DNA of 64,000 bases from Alkalispirochaeta sp. (GTDB taxonomy: Bacteria; Spirochaetota; Spirochaetia; DSM-27196; Alkalispirochaetaceae), in assembly GCA_965601925.1 (NCBI GenBank), contig OZ271854.1:4192001-4256000 (forward strand), in the 5' to 3' direction. A program made the position numbers and the translations under genes. Numbering within the stretch: the first letter of the stretch is position 1; every line of letters starts with the position of its first letter. This document shows positions 8,890 through 18,707 of the stretch, in pieces. The notes beneath the pieces were generated by a model that worked only from the letters and a program-made list of their open reading frames with translations, searched no databases and was not told the DNA's origin.

Positions 8890-10392
8890 TCATCGGAGAG
8901 TGAGCGCGCGGTCCTGAACGACCAGGAGAACCTCCTCGATCGCGCGTAACGAACGAAGAACCGCTTCTCCGTCGCGATCGGGCGGGATATCCGCTGCAAC
9001 CAGCCACCCCGCCGGAAGCAGGTGGCGATGCACTTCAACAAGGTGCATGCCGCCGATGACTGCGTCGACCTCGGCGTCGCGCCGCATATAGATCAACAGC
9101 CGCCGCAGTCCCGTCGGATTCCAGGGCGTATCCTCGGCCCCGTCTCGCTCGATTCGCGCCTTGAGTCCGCGCTCCGATAGAAGCGAGACATCGCCTTCCC
9201 CGATCGTCGATCGAGAATCAAACCGCCCGTACGGCGCCTCGATCGCTAAACGAAGTGCCGACTCCATATCGACGATTCCGTAACCGGTCTCGGAATCCCA
9301 ACCCACCGAACCGATATCCCGAGCCGTCTCCCGCAAGATCGCACGAACGTCACCGGCGCTCAATGCGGGGTTGGCGCTCCGCAGTAGGGCCGCAGCGGCG
9401 GCGACCAACGGCGTAGCCATCGATGTTCCCTGTTGTAGGCCGTAACGACCATCGGGCGCCGTACTGAGGATCCCGGTAACATTATCCGTCGTTCCCGGCG
9501 CCACGAGCTCGATGTGCGAGCCGTAATCGGAGAAGACGGCGCGGTCTTCATCCCGATCGATCGCTCCCACGGCGATAACATCGTCGAACCGCGCGGGCCA
9601 ATCCACGCCGTCGAATTGGCCCACATTCGCGTTACCGATTCGGACGCCGTTACCCGCCGCCGCGACCATGACGACGTCGAGCGTCGCGGCTTGCGTCACC
9701 GCCGACTCCAGAAATATCTCTTCGGCTGCGGACAAGGCCGAAGCGCCGAGACTCATATTGATAACTCCCGCCGGTCTATCCGGCGCCACGCCGAGAGAGC
9801 TCTCTGCGCCGGCGGCGTAGAGGATCGCTTCGGTAAGATCGACGAGCGTTCCGTCCCTGTTGACCAGCGCGCGCACCGAAGTGATAAGCACCGCCGGACG
9901 ATCGAATCCATTGTACGCCGCGCCGCTCATCCCGCCGCCGTTCCCACCCTCGGCGGCGACGAGCCCGGCTACGTGGGTACCGTGTTCAAGTCCGATTGTG
10001 TCGGTGGGGAGGCCCGAAGGGTTGAGGACCACCGTATTGTCGGTTACATCCACACCGTCCGTGGTAAGGATTCGCACGAGGTCGGGGTGGGCGGCGGTAA
10101 CGCCGCTATCGATGACCGCGGCGACGACCGAAACGATATCCCGGCCCGCGATCGGGTCGGCAAGGAGCTCCCGATACAGGCCCCATGCACGGGGCGCGCC
10201 GATCGCGTCGAGATACCATTGATCACCGGACTGATAGAAGTCGTCGTTGGGCAGGAGCGCGGTCGCTACCGGGCTTGAGCGAACCTGTACATCGAACGGT
10301 CCGTAATCACACGCTGAAAACGCCGCGATGAAAAAGAGGCCGACGATAAGGCGAAGTAGAGAAATACCGGAGCAAAAAAACGATCGCCTCAC
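8890..10392 (-). CDS. S8 (subtilisin-like) serine protease, probable lipoprotein
   Basis: Catalytic triad motifs VIDSG, HGTHVAG, GTSMATP; oxyanion AAGN; FSAC lipobox-like signal. Confidence 0.9.
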   Translation of the reverse strand: MRRSFFCSGISLLRLIVGLFFIAAFSACDYGPFDVQVRSSPVATALLPNDDFYQSGDQWYLDAIGAPRAWGLYRELLADPIAGRDIVSVVAAVIDSGVTAAHPDLVRILTTDGVDVTDNTVVLNPSGLPTDTIGLEHGTHVAGLVAAEGGNGGGMSGAAYNGFDRPAVLITSVRALVNRDGTLVDLTEAILYAAGAESSLGVAPDRPAGVINMSLGASALSAAEEIFLESAVTQAATLDVVMVAAAGNGVRIGNANVGQFDGVDWPARFDDVIAVGAIDRDEDRAVFSDYGSHIELVAPGTTDNVTGILSTAPDGRYGLQQGTSMATPLVAAAAALLRSANPALSAGDVRAILRETARDIGSVGWDSETGYGIVDMESALRLAIEAPYGRFDSRSTIGEGDVSLLSERGLKARIERDGAEDTPWNPTGLRRLLIYMRRDAEVDAVIGGMHLVEVHRHLLPAGWLVAADIPPDRDGEAVLRSLRAIEEVLLVVQDRALTLR

Positions 10393-10425
10393 CCTATCGG
10401 AGTATAAAGCGTTATCACACGAGAT

Positions 10426-11652
10426 TCAATTCTCAAGGATAGTTATTTCTACGCGGCGATTCCGGCGGCGATTCTCCTCGGTATCGTTCGGTGCAACGGG
10501 TTCACGCGCTCCCATACCGCGGTACATCAACTCTTCACGGTTGCGCACACCGCGCTCGATGAGAAACTCGCCGACCGCGCGGGCCCGTTCCCGGCTCAAA
10601 CGCTCCCGTCCCTGCGGCGTCCCGGCAAGCGCGGTGTGTCCCGAGATGACCACGTCGCGGTCAGGATAATTCTCCAGAACGGTCGCCAACCATTCGAGTT
10701 TTACCACCTCACTCTCCAGCAGTTCCGCGGAATCGGGGGAGAAGCGAATGTCTTCCAACGCAATCGTCACCCCATCGTCGTCCGCGCGCACGGTGGCATC
10801 CTCGATGAGGCTGGTATCGATCGCTTCTTGTATCTCCTGCTCAATCGTATCGTAGTCGAGGGGTGGCGCATCGACGATCCGTCCGTCGGCCTCGCCTCGA
10901 TACTCCAGGCGACCGCCGTCGGCGGTCTGCATAAACAGCGTATATGATTCCTCATAGTAGTGCGGGCGTCCCGCGCGATTGTCCCAGAGAAGCCGTTGTA
11001 CGAAGTTCGCCGTCATAAGTCGAATGAACTCCGCCTCGGGCCGCCCTCGCGGCGGCCGGTAGAACAACGCATACCGTATACGTATTGCGTGATACATCTC
11101 GCCCTCGAACTCCTCGGGACCGATGTACTCATACTCGGCCGAGACCGGTACGCGCACCGGCGATTCAATCCCGAGAGCGTCGCGAAAGTCGTATACTTCC
11201 ACGGCGGGCTCACTCCACACGTCTCCCGGCCGTATCGCCGTTTGCGGAAACGTGGGAATGCCGCGGACCTGCGGCACGAAAGCCTCGGTCGGCACCTCCT
11301 GATTGCCGAGCTCATCTTGCCAGAGCGTCACCTCATGGTCTCGATCGACGGAAAACGGTTCGTCGGTGCTCTGCACCTCTTCCGATACACGATACTGGGC
11401 GCGGATCGTCGCCCCGGGCCGACCTTGACGGCTTTCCGGTTCGCCTATCGATATCCGAATACGGGTGAGAACCTCCGCCTCTCCCGCTCGCTCGCCGTCA
11501 ACGAACAACTCTTGCCGGTTGACACCGACGATGCGGTATTGTTCGCCCGGACGATAGGCAAACCGAAACAACTCGCCGTCACTACGTTGTTGCGCACCGA
11601 GCGCCGTAATCGCGACCGCGGCGGCACACGCCGACAGAAAGACCTTTCTCAT
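10426..11652 (-). CDS. OmpA family protein (C-terminal peptidoglycan-binding domain)
   Basis: Signal peptide MRKVFLS..; IRFSPDSAEL, ISGHT, LSRERARAV, RRRNRRVEI; start moved to ATG 11652. Confidence 0.85.
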   Translation of the reverse strand: MRKVFLSACAAAVAITALGAQQRSDGELFRFAYRPGEQYRIVGVNRQELFVDGERAGEAEVLTRIRISIGEPESRQGRPGATIRAQYRVSEEVQSTDEPFSVDRDHEVTLWQDELGNQEVPTEAFVPQVRGIPTFPQTAIRPGDVWSEPAVEVYDFRDALGIESPVRVPVSAEYEYIGPEEFEGEMYHAIRIRYALFYRPPRGRPEAEFIRLMTANFVQRLLWDNRAGRPHYYEESYTLFMQTADGGRLEYRGEADGRIVDAPPLDYDTIEQEIQEAIDTSLIEDATVRADDDGVTIALEDIRFSPDSAELLESEVVKLEWLATVLENYPDRDVVISGHTALAGTPQGRERLSRERARAVGEFLIERGVRNREELMYRGMGAREPVAPNDTEENRRRNRRVEITILEN

Positions 11653-11721
11653 ACTCGGAAGATATCGGCTCACGTACCGCCTTTCTTGACAAAGGCACAT
11701 GCCATTCATACGATTCGTTCG

Positions 11722-12753
11722 GTGATTGGAGCAACGCTCGAAACGTACAGCGAACGGGACACCCCGGCATATCCGGCCTGGATTAGACGCCGGCGGTCGG
11801 GAATCGTTCTCGTGCCGCCCCGCGCGCGCGTTACGGTGGGGTGTTTATTAGCGGACGACGGAGCGGAACGCCGGTGCTTGAACGTCGATACGGCGCCGGC
11901 CGCTCTGCTCCTCGCTACGTGCACCGACGAGTTTGATGCGCCCATGCGTGCCGTGCGTCCGGAGAGTGTCATAGATCGTATTCGGCGAAACGATCTGGAT
12001 CTCTCGCGGCTGAAACGTCTCGTGGCGTGTATACCCGACTCGGAGGAGTTGCAATTTTCGGCGGATCTCGGTTTTATCGTATCGAAAACCGACAGGCCGC
12101 CGCAGGTTCTCATCGTATCTCCCCGAGAGATCGATCGATCGGTACTGGCACGGCTTCCGGTCCGGCGTTGGCGAACGGCGGAGCTCCGTCACCGCGTAAC
12201 CGAATATGAAGGGAGATTCTTTATGCACACCAAGAAACACCGATACGTCGAAAATCCCGATGTCCTCCGACGCAAAGTGACGGAAGTGATACGTCTTATT
12301 CACCAGGATGCCGATCCTCACGAGCTTAACGCGTACAAACGGTTTGTCAAAAAACACGTCTCGATCTTTTCGAGAGCGTATTTCACCGCATATCTGGTAA
12401 AAATGCTCGCCGAAGGTCGCACGCTTGAGGCACCGCGGAAGGGCGAGCGCGAAGAGTCTCGACGAACGGGAGAGAAGCGATCGAGCGAGCAGGCGGGGAA
12501 TCTCGTGCCGGAGAACAAGCAGACCCTCTTCGTCAGCGTCGGGAAAAATCGCAGGGTGTATCCAAAGGACTTCGTCGCACTTTTTGCGGAGCTGGACGGC
12601 GTTCAAGGCGACGATATCGGCCAAATCAAGATTCTGGACAATTACTCGTTTGTCGAGGTCGACAAGCGCGTCGCCGAGTCGATTATCGAGACGTACAACG
12701 GATTCGAGTATCGCGGGCGCAAACTGACGGTAAATTACGCCCGAAACAAGTAG
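11722..12753 (+). CDS. DbpA RNA-binding domain protein with a degenerate DEAD-box-like N-terminal region (alternative start ATG 12223)
   Basis: C-terminus LFVSVGKNRRVYPKD..IGQIKILDNYSFVEV..GRKLTVNYAR matches the DbpA RBD; in-frame upstream segment resembles DEAD helicase motifs Ic-III. Confidence 0.7.
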   Translation: MIGATLETYSERDTPAYPAWIRRRRSGIVLVPPRARVTVGCLLADDGAERRCLNVDTAPAALLLATCTDEFDAPMRAVRPESVIDRIRRNDLDLSRLKRLVACIPDSEELQFSADLGFIVSKTDRPPQVLIVSPREIDRSVLARLPVRRWRTAELRHRVTEYEGRFFMHTKKHRYVENPDVLRRKVTEVIRLIHQDADPHELNAYKRFVKKHVSIFSRAYFTAYLVKMLAEGRTLEAPRKGEREESRRTGEKRSSEQAGNLVPENKQTLFVSVGKNRRVYPKDFVALFAELDGVQGDDIGQIKILDNYSFVEVDKRVAESIIETYNGFEYRGRKLTVNYARNK

Positions 12754-12797
12754 GGAGCTCCACGTCCTGGACGAACGCATCGCCGATTGCCGCGTCT

Positions 12798-13742
12798 CTA
12801 TCGGATCAAGAGCGCGGTGGCGATGGCGATAAGATATCCGTTTACGAAAATGCTCACGACTAACAGGACGACGGCACCCACTTCGCGGTGCCACGCCCGA
12901 CGGCTCAGACCGCGGGCGTGGGCGGATAACTGTGCCGCGGAGACCGATTCATCGCGGGCGAATGCGAGGTCGCGCTGCGCACGCAAACGCCGCGCGACGC
13001 GCCAAATTCTGCGGTACCAGAAGAAACCCACGACTCCGGGGGGCATGAGAGGCAACACAGGCACAAGTCCCAACACCATCGCAACAATCGCCTGAAGAAG
13101 GCTGCGATCGGCCAATGTAAGGGCCCACAACGTCTCGGCCAAAAAGCCGCCGACCAGCGAGACCGGTGTGAGATGGTTCCAGTACTCGTTACGTTGTCGT
13201 CCCGACCACGTTGCTCGGGCAAAGAGTTGTTCTTTCGGACAGTCGTAGATAATGACCAAGGGGATGTCCGCGGCTCCCCGATCGAAGTGCAGCGTACCTT
13301 GTCGCTCGACGATATCACCGACCACAAGAAAGTCGGTACCCTCGGCTAAGGCGGTAAGCTCTTTCCAAAACACGATCCGCGGCGTCTCGTCGGGCAATCC
13401 CTCGCCCCGCATTCCACCGCCGGGCAGAATATAGATGGGCACTCCCACAAGATCAATGACGACTGAGAGCGAGCCGTCACCGATCCAAATGCTAGTCTGC
13501 CCCTGCACCGCCTCCAGCTTGCCGAAGAATCGAAACGTACCGCGCTGCGACGAATCGCCCTCGTTTTCCTGTCTGTGTCCGTGGACCGCCGGATAGTCGA
13601 GATCCCTCGCCTCGCGAGCGGCGAGAACCCGGGCGCGGAAGCGTCTCCAACGGTACCGCACCGCAAACGCGCCGCTTCCGGGAATGACGAGATAGAACAC
13701 CACGCCGATCGCGACGCTTATGGTCAACGGCCATTCAGACAA
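12798..13742 (-). CDS. Hypothetical membrane protein
   Basis: 314-aa ORF with N-terminal and C-terminal hydrophobic segments; fills the gap between neighbouring genes. Confidence 0.65.
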   Translation of the reverse strand: MSEWPLTISVAIGVVFYLVIPGSGAFAVRYRWRRFRARVLAAREARDLDYPAVHGHRQENEGDSSQRGTFRFFGKLEAVQGQTSIWIGDGSLSVVIDLVGVPIYILPGGGMRGEGLPDETPRIVFWKELTALAEGTDFLVVGDIVERQGTLHFDRGAADIPLVIIYDCPKEQLFARATWSGRQRNEYWNHLTPVSLVGGFLAETLWALTLADRSLLQAIVAMVLGLVPVLPLMPPGVVGFFWYRRIWRVARRLRAQRDLAFARDESVSAAQLSAHARGLSRRAWHREVGAVVLLVVSIFVNGYLIAIATALLIR

Positions 13743-13783
13743 GGCGTTTGCTCCACACCCCTCTTTTCATTATGCTGTGTGCA

Positions 13784-14470
13784 ATGCTTATAGATCGAGT
13801 CATCGTCGGTTCAATGTACACCAACGCGTATATCGTCTCTACCGGCAAAAAAGAATGCATCATCATCGATCCTGGGGCAGATACGAAGATGCTCATTCAG
13901 CGGTTGGAGGCGATGAACCTCCTTCCGAAGGCAATTGTCTTAACTCACGGCCACTTAGACCATACCTCAGCGGCCCGAGGCATCATGGAACACTACGCAA
14001 AACGGGACTATCACGTTCCTATCGGTATACACGAGTCCGATGCGTCGTTTCTGGGAGAGGGCGCGACGGATATCAACCGTGAGATGTTCTCGCGTTTCGG
14101 AGAGCCCGGCCTGACGGCGTTTCAAACCTTCGAGACCGACGTACCCGAGCCGGAGTTCTTCTTAAAGGAAGGCGATTCTCTCCATAACTCGGACTTTGTC
14201 GTGATGCACACTCCGGGGCACAGTATGGGGAGTGTATGTCTATACAGTGAATCGCGGAATGCACTCTTTTCGGGAGATACGCTCTTTTTTAACACGATCG
14301 GGCGTACCGACCTCCCTTCAGGCGATACGGAACAGCTGAATCAGGCGGTAACACAACGTCTCTTTGAGCTTCCGGCGGAGACGCGGGTATTTCCGGGCCA
14401 CGGTCCGCTTACCACCATAGAGCGCGAAATAAAAAACAATACGATGGAAAGTGCCGGCGCTACGATTTAG
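13784..14470 (+). CDS. MBL-fold metallo-hydrolase (glyoxalase II-like)
   Basis: THGHLDH, HTPGHS, FSGDTLF..GRTDLP, PGHG; start ATG 13784. Confidence 0.9.
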   Translation: MLIDRVIVGSMYTNAYIVSTGKKECIIIDPGADTKMLIQRLEAMNLLPKAIVLTHGHLDHTSAARGIMEHYAKRDYHVPIGIHESDASFLGEGATDINREMFSRFGEPGLTAFQTFETDVPEPEFFLKEGDSLHNSDFVVMHTPGHSMGSVCLYSESRNALFSGDTLFFNTIGRTDLPSGDTEQLNQAVTQRLFELPAETRVFPGHGPLTTIEREIKNNTMESAGATI

Positions 14471-14521
14471 CATGCGCACCGTCTCGTGTGCGTCAACGGT
14501 ACCGGCGCGGATCGGCAGTAC

Positions 14522-14911
14522 TCAGACGAGTACGTCGACGAGAAGTCCGGCGTTCAATTGCGCCTGCGCCTCGGAACGATCGATTTCTTCGACGACGCTG
14601 CGAGCGGTCTCTTCTATGAGGCGCTGTTGCCACTCCAACGGGTCGGCCTCGTTCGGCTGCGGCGCGCCCGATTGCATCTGAGCCATACGGGCGATAAGCG
14701 AGTCTATCGCCCGCAGTCGGACAAGCGAGTAGCCGCCGCCGCCGGAGTGTGCGGGGACTGCGGTTATGTGGCTGAGACGCGCGTAGATTCCCCCCCGGAC
14801 GGGCATCGCGATGGGGTTCTCCGAGATGCGCGCGCGCACGAGCTCGCTCAGGGGAATCGTTGCGTTTTGTGGAATGGACGAGATCGTATCTGCCAAATCC
14901 GATGCCTCCAC
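14522..14911 (-). CDS. Hypothetical protein
   Basis: 129-aa ORF co-oriented with and downstream of the dksA-like gene; protein-like composition. Confidence 0.55.
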   Translation of the reverse strand: MEASDLADTISSIPQNATIPLSELVRARISENPIAMPVRGGIYARLSHITAVPAHSGGGGYSLVRLRAIDSLIARMAQMQSGAPQPNEADPLEWQQRLIEETARSVVEEIDRSEAQAQLNAGLLVDVLV

Positions 14912-14963
14912 CGTCCATTATCGGAAGCATCGGAAGGAAGTTTAGCCCGCCTACCCGGTCACC

Positions 14964-15320
14964 TCACCGATTGCGGCGCTCCAACTCGTTTTGGTACTCC
15001 ACTCGATAGAGCGCGTAGGGGATCGCCTCCAATCGCTCTTCCGGTATCGGCTTACCGCTTTTGAGGCATATGCCGTATTTGCCGTTCTCGATCCTGGCGA
15101 GCGCCGATTCGATGAGGCGTAGCTTTTTAAGTTCTTGCGCCCCGAGCGCGCTGAGAAGCTTTTTGTCAATATCGGTGCTGGCAACGTCTACCAAATCCTT
15201 CGTGTCGCTGGAGTCGGCCATGGAGCGGAACTCCTGATCCTCGGTGACGAGCTGAGAGAGTATTTCGGCTTTCATCTCTTCGAGGCGGTTTTTCATGCGG
15301 TCTACAAATTCTTGGTCCAT
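14964..15320 (-). CDS. dksA: DksA/TraR family transcription factor
   Basis: Coiled-coil tip DLVDVA (DxxDxA), ALARIENGKYGIC, IPEERLEAIP; start ATG 15320 behind GAGGAGG. Confidence 0.85.
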   Translation of the reverse strand: MDQEFVDRMKNRLEEMKAEILSQLVTEDQEFRSMADSSDTKDLVDVASTDIDKKLLSALGAQELKKLRLIESALARIENGKYGICLKSGKPIPEERLEAIPYALYRVEYQNELERRNR

Positions 15321-15424
15321 GACATCCTCCTCAATGGGGCGGAAAAGTTCAATGAAATATATTGGTCTCAAAAAAAAAGTCAAGACCCTATTCTACGCAA
15401 ACCGAGACTCGCCCACCCCACAGA

Positions 15425-15454
15425 TTGACACGCAGGCGGGAGGCAACCTACCAT
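15425..15454 (+). promoter_or_regulatory. Putative sigma70 promoter of infA
   Basis: TTGACA-18 nt-TACCAT upstream of the RBS AAGGAGG. Confidence 0.55.
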
Positions 15455-15480
15455 TCGGAAACATTCTGTAAGGAGGATTT

Positions 15481-15699
15481 GTGGCAAAAGAAGAGGCAAT
15501 TGAAGTCGAAGGCATCGTGAAAGAGTCGTTGCCCAACACGATGTTCCGCGTTGAACTCAAGAATGGGCACGTCATTCTTACCCATCTTTCCGGGAAGATG
15601 CGCAAGCACTACATCCGTATCGTCCCCGGAGATCGCGTTAAGGTCGCGCTCTCTCCATACGACCTGACCCGCGGACGAATTATCTACCGCGAGCGATGA
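15481..15699 (+). CDS. infA: Translation initiation factor IF-1
   Basis: [56 protein letters not shown]. Confidence 0.97.
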   Translation: MAKEEAIEVEGIVKESLPNTMFRVELKNGHVILTHLSGKMRKHYIRIVPGDRVKVALSPYDLTRGRIIYRER

Positions 15700-16070
15700 C
15701 GGATCAGCGCCCATGTGGCGCCGCTGCCGCCCTCTCGCACCCCCGGCGTCCCCGTCGCGCCGATCGACGGATTCCGTTCCAGATAGCGTAACACCATCTC
15801 CTTTATTACGCCCTCCGAAGCGGGGTGATTCCCCTTACCGTGCACAATAAGCACTTTCCGGATGTCATTTTGAAGGGCTTGTGTTACAAAGACGTCGAGA
15901 GCGTCTCGCGCCTCGTCTCGGGTCATTCCGTGTAGATCGATAGTCGCCTCGATTCGCATTTTCTTGGGCGACATTCGCTTCTGGTGTCCGCGTGAAGCGC
16001 CGGCGTCTTTGTCGAAGTCGGTCGGCGGCGGGTAGCGATCGAGAAACTCTTCCATACGTCGGGAGTCCAT
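15684..16070 (-). CDS. Smr/MutS2 C-terminal domain protein
   Basis: [25 protein letters not shown] overlaps the upstream stop (TAATG at 16068-16072). Confidence 0.88.
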   Translation of the reverse strand: MDSRRMEEFLDRYPPPTDFDKDAGASRGHQKRMSPKKMRIEATIDLHGMTRDEARDALDVFVTQALQNDIRKVLIVHGKGNHPASEGVIKEMVLRYLERNPSIGATGTPGVREGGSGATWALIRHRSR

Positions 16071-18091
16071 TATCTCGCTCCATCGATACGGATTGCGGTA
16101 TGGGGTACCCACCCGGTAACACCGGCGGCGGTACGCGCCAGATAAAAATCATCATACGACAGTTCTACCGTGATTGCCGTCGCCGGCGAGAGATTTATCC
16201 AGGGACGCGCAGTGTAGTCGGGAATGCGGCGCACAATCGCCTCGCGCGTGACGACACCCTCCGGAACGGAAATCTGCCGCGAAGCCCAGAACCACCCCCC
16301 CGCCAGCGCAACGGCTACCATAGCGACGCTCACGAGGGCGAGAGTACGCCGTACGCGTCGACGGAGGGAGAGCAACACCCAAAAACCGGACCACAGCGTC
16401 AGGGTTGCGACGAAAAACCAATCGGGTCTGGGATACCACGGGATCGCCGGTTGCTCAACCACTGCGAAGTAGCGCTCCGCGTCCGCCAACGTCCGCCTGA
16501 AGAGCTCGCGATGGGGAGCGAGACGCACGGCGCGTCGCAGGTGATACATCGCCGCAACGGCGTTATCGGACCGAACGGCAAGCACGCCGCGGTTGAAATG
16601 AAGCCCGGCGTGCCACCCGGCATCCTGAATCTCCAGATCGTAGAGCACCCCCGCCACCGCCGGACGGCCCTCTTCGGCCAATTGTGCCGCGCGGTTCAAA
16701 CGTTCAATGTCGAGAGAAGGAAAAAAGACGGCGGATAGTAACAACGGCACCATGGCGACGACGGTCACCGAGCGAACCGAAAGTAGACGCGCCACCGCAA
16801 AGCCTGCCGGTCCGCCGAGAAAGAGCAGGTAAAGCCACGGATTACTCGCGAACGGGTACCATCGCGTCCGCGCGAGTTGTTCGATGGCAATGAGTGCCGT
16901 CGCCGGCGCCTCTTGAGCCACGTCTACGACGTCTCTGGGGTCGGTGACATCGAGGAGAAACGAGGGCGTGGTAACGCTGGTCGACCGCCCGCTCGTCGGA
17001 TCGAAAAATGCGAAATCCGCGATCTCGACGGTCGGATCGCTCGCTCCCGTTTGCGCTTCGAACCGTATCTCCACCTCGCGCCGTCCCCGATATCCTCGAA
17101 GGTCCGCCAAGTCGGGTTCCACGTCGCTCCGCTCGCTTTGTCCCAACTCGGTGAGCCCCCGAAGCGTCACCTCGGGAAAGTCGAGAACGGGGAGATTTCC
17201 CTGCCCTTCCACGACGAGTCGAATGGTGCCCGTCTCACCCACCGCAAGTCGCCGCGGGCCGACCTCCGCCCGGAACGAAAATGTGCCAACCGCGACGGTT
17301 GTACGCGCCTCGCGGGGCAACGCCGCTACCTGGAGGGTAGCGGCCGGCGCCACCGAACGCACACCGGCCGCGGTTACCTCGGCGGCGGGAATCGTAACGC
17401 CCCCCGAGGCCCCGGGTGTGAAGACAAAACTCGCGATGGGAAATTGATACAGCGTAACGCCTGCGACCTCGCGAGTAGACACGGTACCGAGCCCGCCGAC
17501 CTCCTCAAAGAGCCCGGTCTGCGGAGCACGAAATGCAAGCGTCTCGGGATACGTGAAGCTGTCGATGCCGGCGATTTCGAGCACGACCGGAACGCTTTGG
17601 GCCTGGAACACCGACTCGGAGAGAACTCTCCACCGCGTCCGAAAGGGAACGGTTCCGAGGCGTGGATCGTATACCTCGACGAGAATGGGGCGTGAGTATC
17701 GCAGCCCGTCCCTTGTCGTTACGGCCATTTCCTCGATCACAAAGCGTCCCGCAACGGCAGCGACGAAGTCGATACGAACTTCGACGTCGAGAATCCCACG
17801 GGAGACGATGGTCGGACCGGCGACCGTTCGCACGCCGTCGGGGAGCTCGGGAAGTACGACGGAAACCTCGTCGGATCTCATCCGAGGCAGTGAAAACCAT
17901 ACGGTAAACTCATCGCCGACATCGACGGCGAATCGATTGCCGGAGAGAAGCGAGAGGATCTCTTCGGGATCGCGCTCCCCGGTGCGAACCTCTTCTACCG
18001 CGTGCCGATCCGAGTCCGACGCATCTTGTGCGGCCAGAGGGAGAAGAGTCGCCACCGCAACGCACGCGACAAAGAAAGCCCGGAGCGACAT
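16070..18091 (-). CDS. BatD-like protein fused to a BatE-like TPR/TM/SH3 region
   Basis: Signal peptide; Ig-like repeats with AVGTF and VEGQGNL; TM; TPR (LHFNRG..YHLRRAVRLAP); SH3-like C-terminus (GVTGWVP); located in the Bat operon. Confidence 0.75.
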   Translation of the reverse strand: MSLRAFFVACVAVATLLPLAAQDASDSDRHAVEEVRTGERDPEEILSLLSGNRFAVDVGDEFTVWFSLPRMRSDEVSVVLPELPDGVRTVAGPTIVSRGILDVEVRIDFVAAVAGRFVIEEMAVTTRDGLRYSRPILVEVYDPRLGTVPFRTRWRVLSESVFQAQSVPVVLEIAGIDSFTYPETLAFRAPQTGLFEEVGGLGTVSTREVAGVTLYQFPIASFVFTPGASGGVTIPAAEVTAAGVRSVAPAATLQVAALPREARTTVAVGTFSFRAEVGPRRLAVGETGTIRLVVEGQGNLPVLDFPEVTLRGLTELGQSERSDVEPDLADLRGYRGRREVEIRFEAQTGASDPTVEIADFAFFDPTSGRSTSVTTPSFLLDVTDPRDVVDVAQEAPATALIAIEQLARTRWYPFASNPWLYLLFLGGPAGFAVARLLSVRSVTVVAMVPLLLSAVFFPSLDIERLNRAAQLAEEGRPAVAGVLYDLEIQDAGWHAGLHFNRGVLAVRSDNAVAAMYHLRRAVRLAPHRELFRRTLADAERYFAVVEQPAIPWYPRPDWFFVATLTLWSGFWVLLSLRRRVRRTLALVSVAMVAVALAGGWFWASRQISVPEGVVTREAIVRRIPDYTARPWINLSPATAITVELSYDDFYLARTAAGVTGWVPHTAIRIDGAR

Positions 18092-18101
18092 CACACCGTT
18101 C

Positions 18102-18707
18102 CTACCAGTCCTGTGCCACGGGAGAAACGCCAGCCTCGACATTGGCGCGCCACCGCTGTTCTTCTTTGCGTCGCATATAATCGAGCATCCGCGTCGCTCC
18201 GGTACTGTCCTGCGAGGATGAGCTTCCTCCACCGGTCGACGCGCTTCCTCGCCCTGCAAGCTCGGAGCCCGCCTCGATTTTCTCGAGCGTCAACTCGAAA
18301 TTGTTCTTGGCTGCAACGCTCTGCGGCTCTATCGATAGGGCAAAGCGAAAGTCGGATAGCGCCTCCTCATAGCGTCCCTGTTCGTAGAGATACACTCCCC
18401 GATTGAAGCTCGCCCCGAAGAGTAGATCCGCCACGTCCGACGTTCTCGCCGATTCCCACCGATCGTCGGCCGCCTCGGACTCGCCGAGAAAATGGTAGAC
18501 GTTGCCAAGATTGTACGAGAGCCAGTCTTCGAACTGCGCGGTCTCCTGCGCTCGAAGATAGTCGACGATTGCCGGTTGATACTCACCCCGGCTCACGTTG
18601 TAGTTCGCCCTCACGACTTGAAGATGCGGAACATAGGCGTTGCAGGAGACCAACATCCAAAGCAGACCGACACTCACCACCGACATTTTCATACGATGTT
18701 CCTCCAC
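18102..18707 (-). CDS. TPR lipoprotein (BatC-like)
   Basis: LVSC lipobox; TPR motifs YNLGNVY, FNRGVYLYEQGRYEEAL, AKNNFEL. Confidence 0.8.
   Translation of the reverse strand: MEEHRMKMSVVSVGLLWMLVSCNAYVPHLQVVRANYNVSRGEYQPAIVDYLRAQETAQFEDWLSYNLGNVYHFLGESEAADDRWESARTSDVADLLFGASFNRGVYLYEQGRYEEALSDFRFALSIEPQSVAAKNNFELTLEKIEAGSELAGRGSASTGGGSSSSQDSTGATRMLDYMRRKEEQRWRANVEAGVSPVAQDW

Noticed and set aside
10960..11721. N-terminal part of the 597-aa ORF 10960..12753
   Set aside because: Antisense shadow of the OmpA gene; only the part from about 11722 is plausible.
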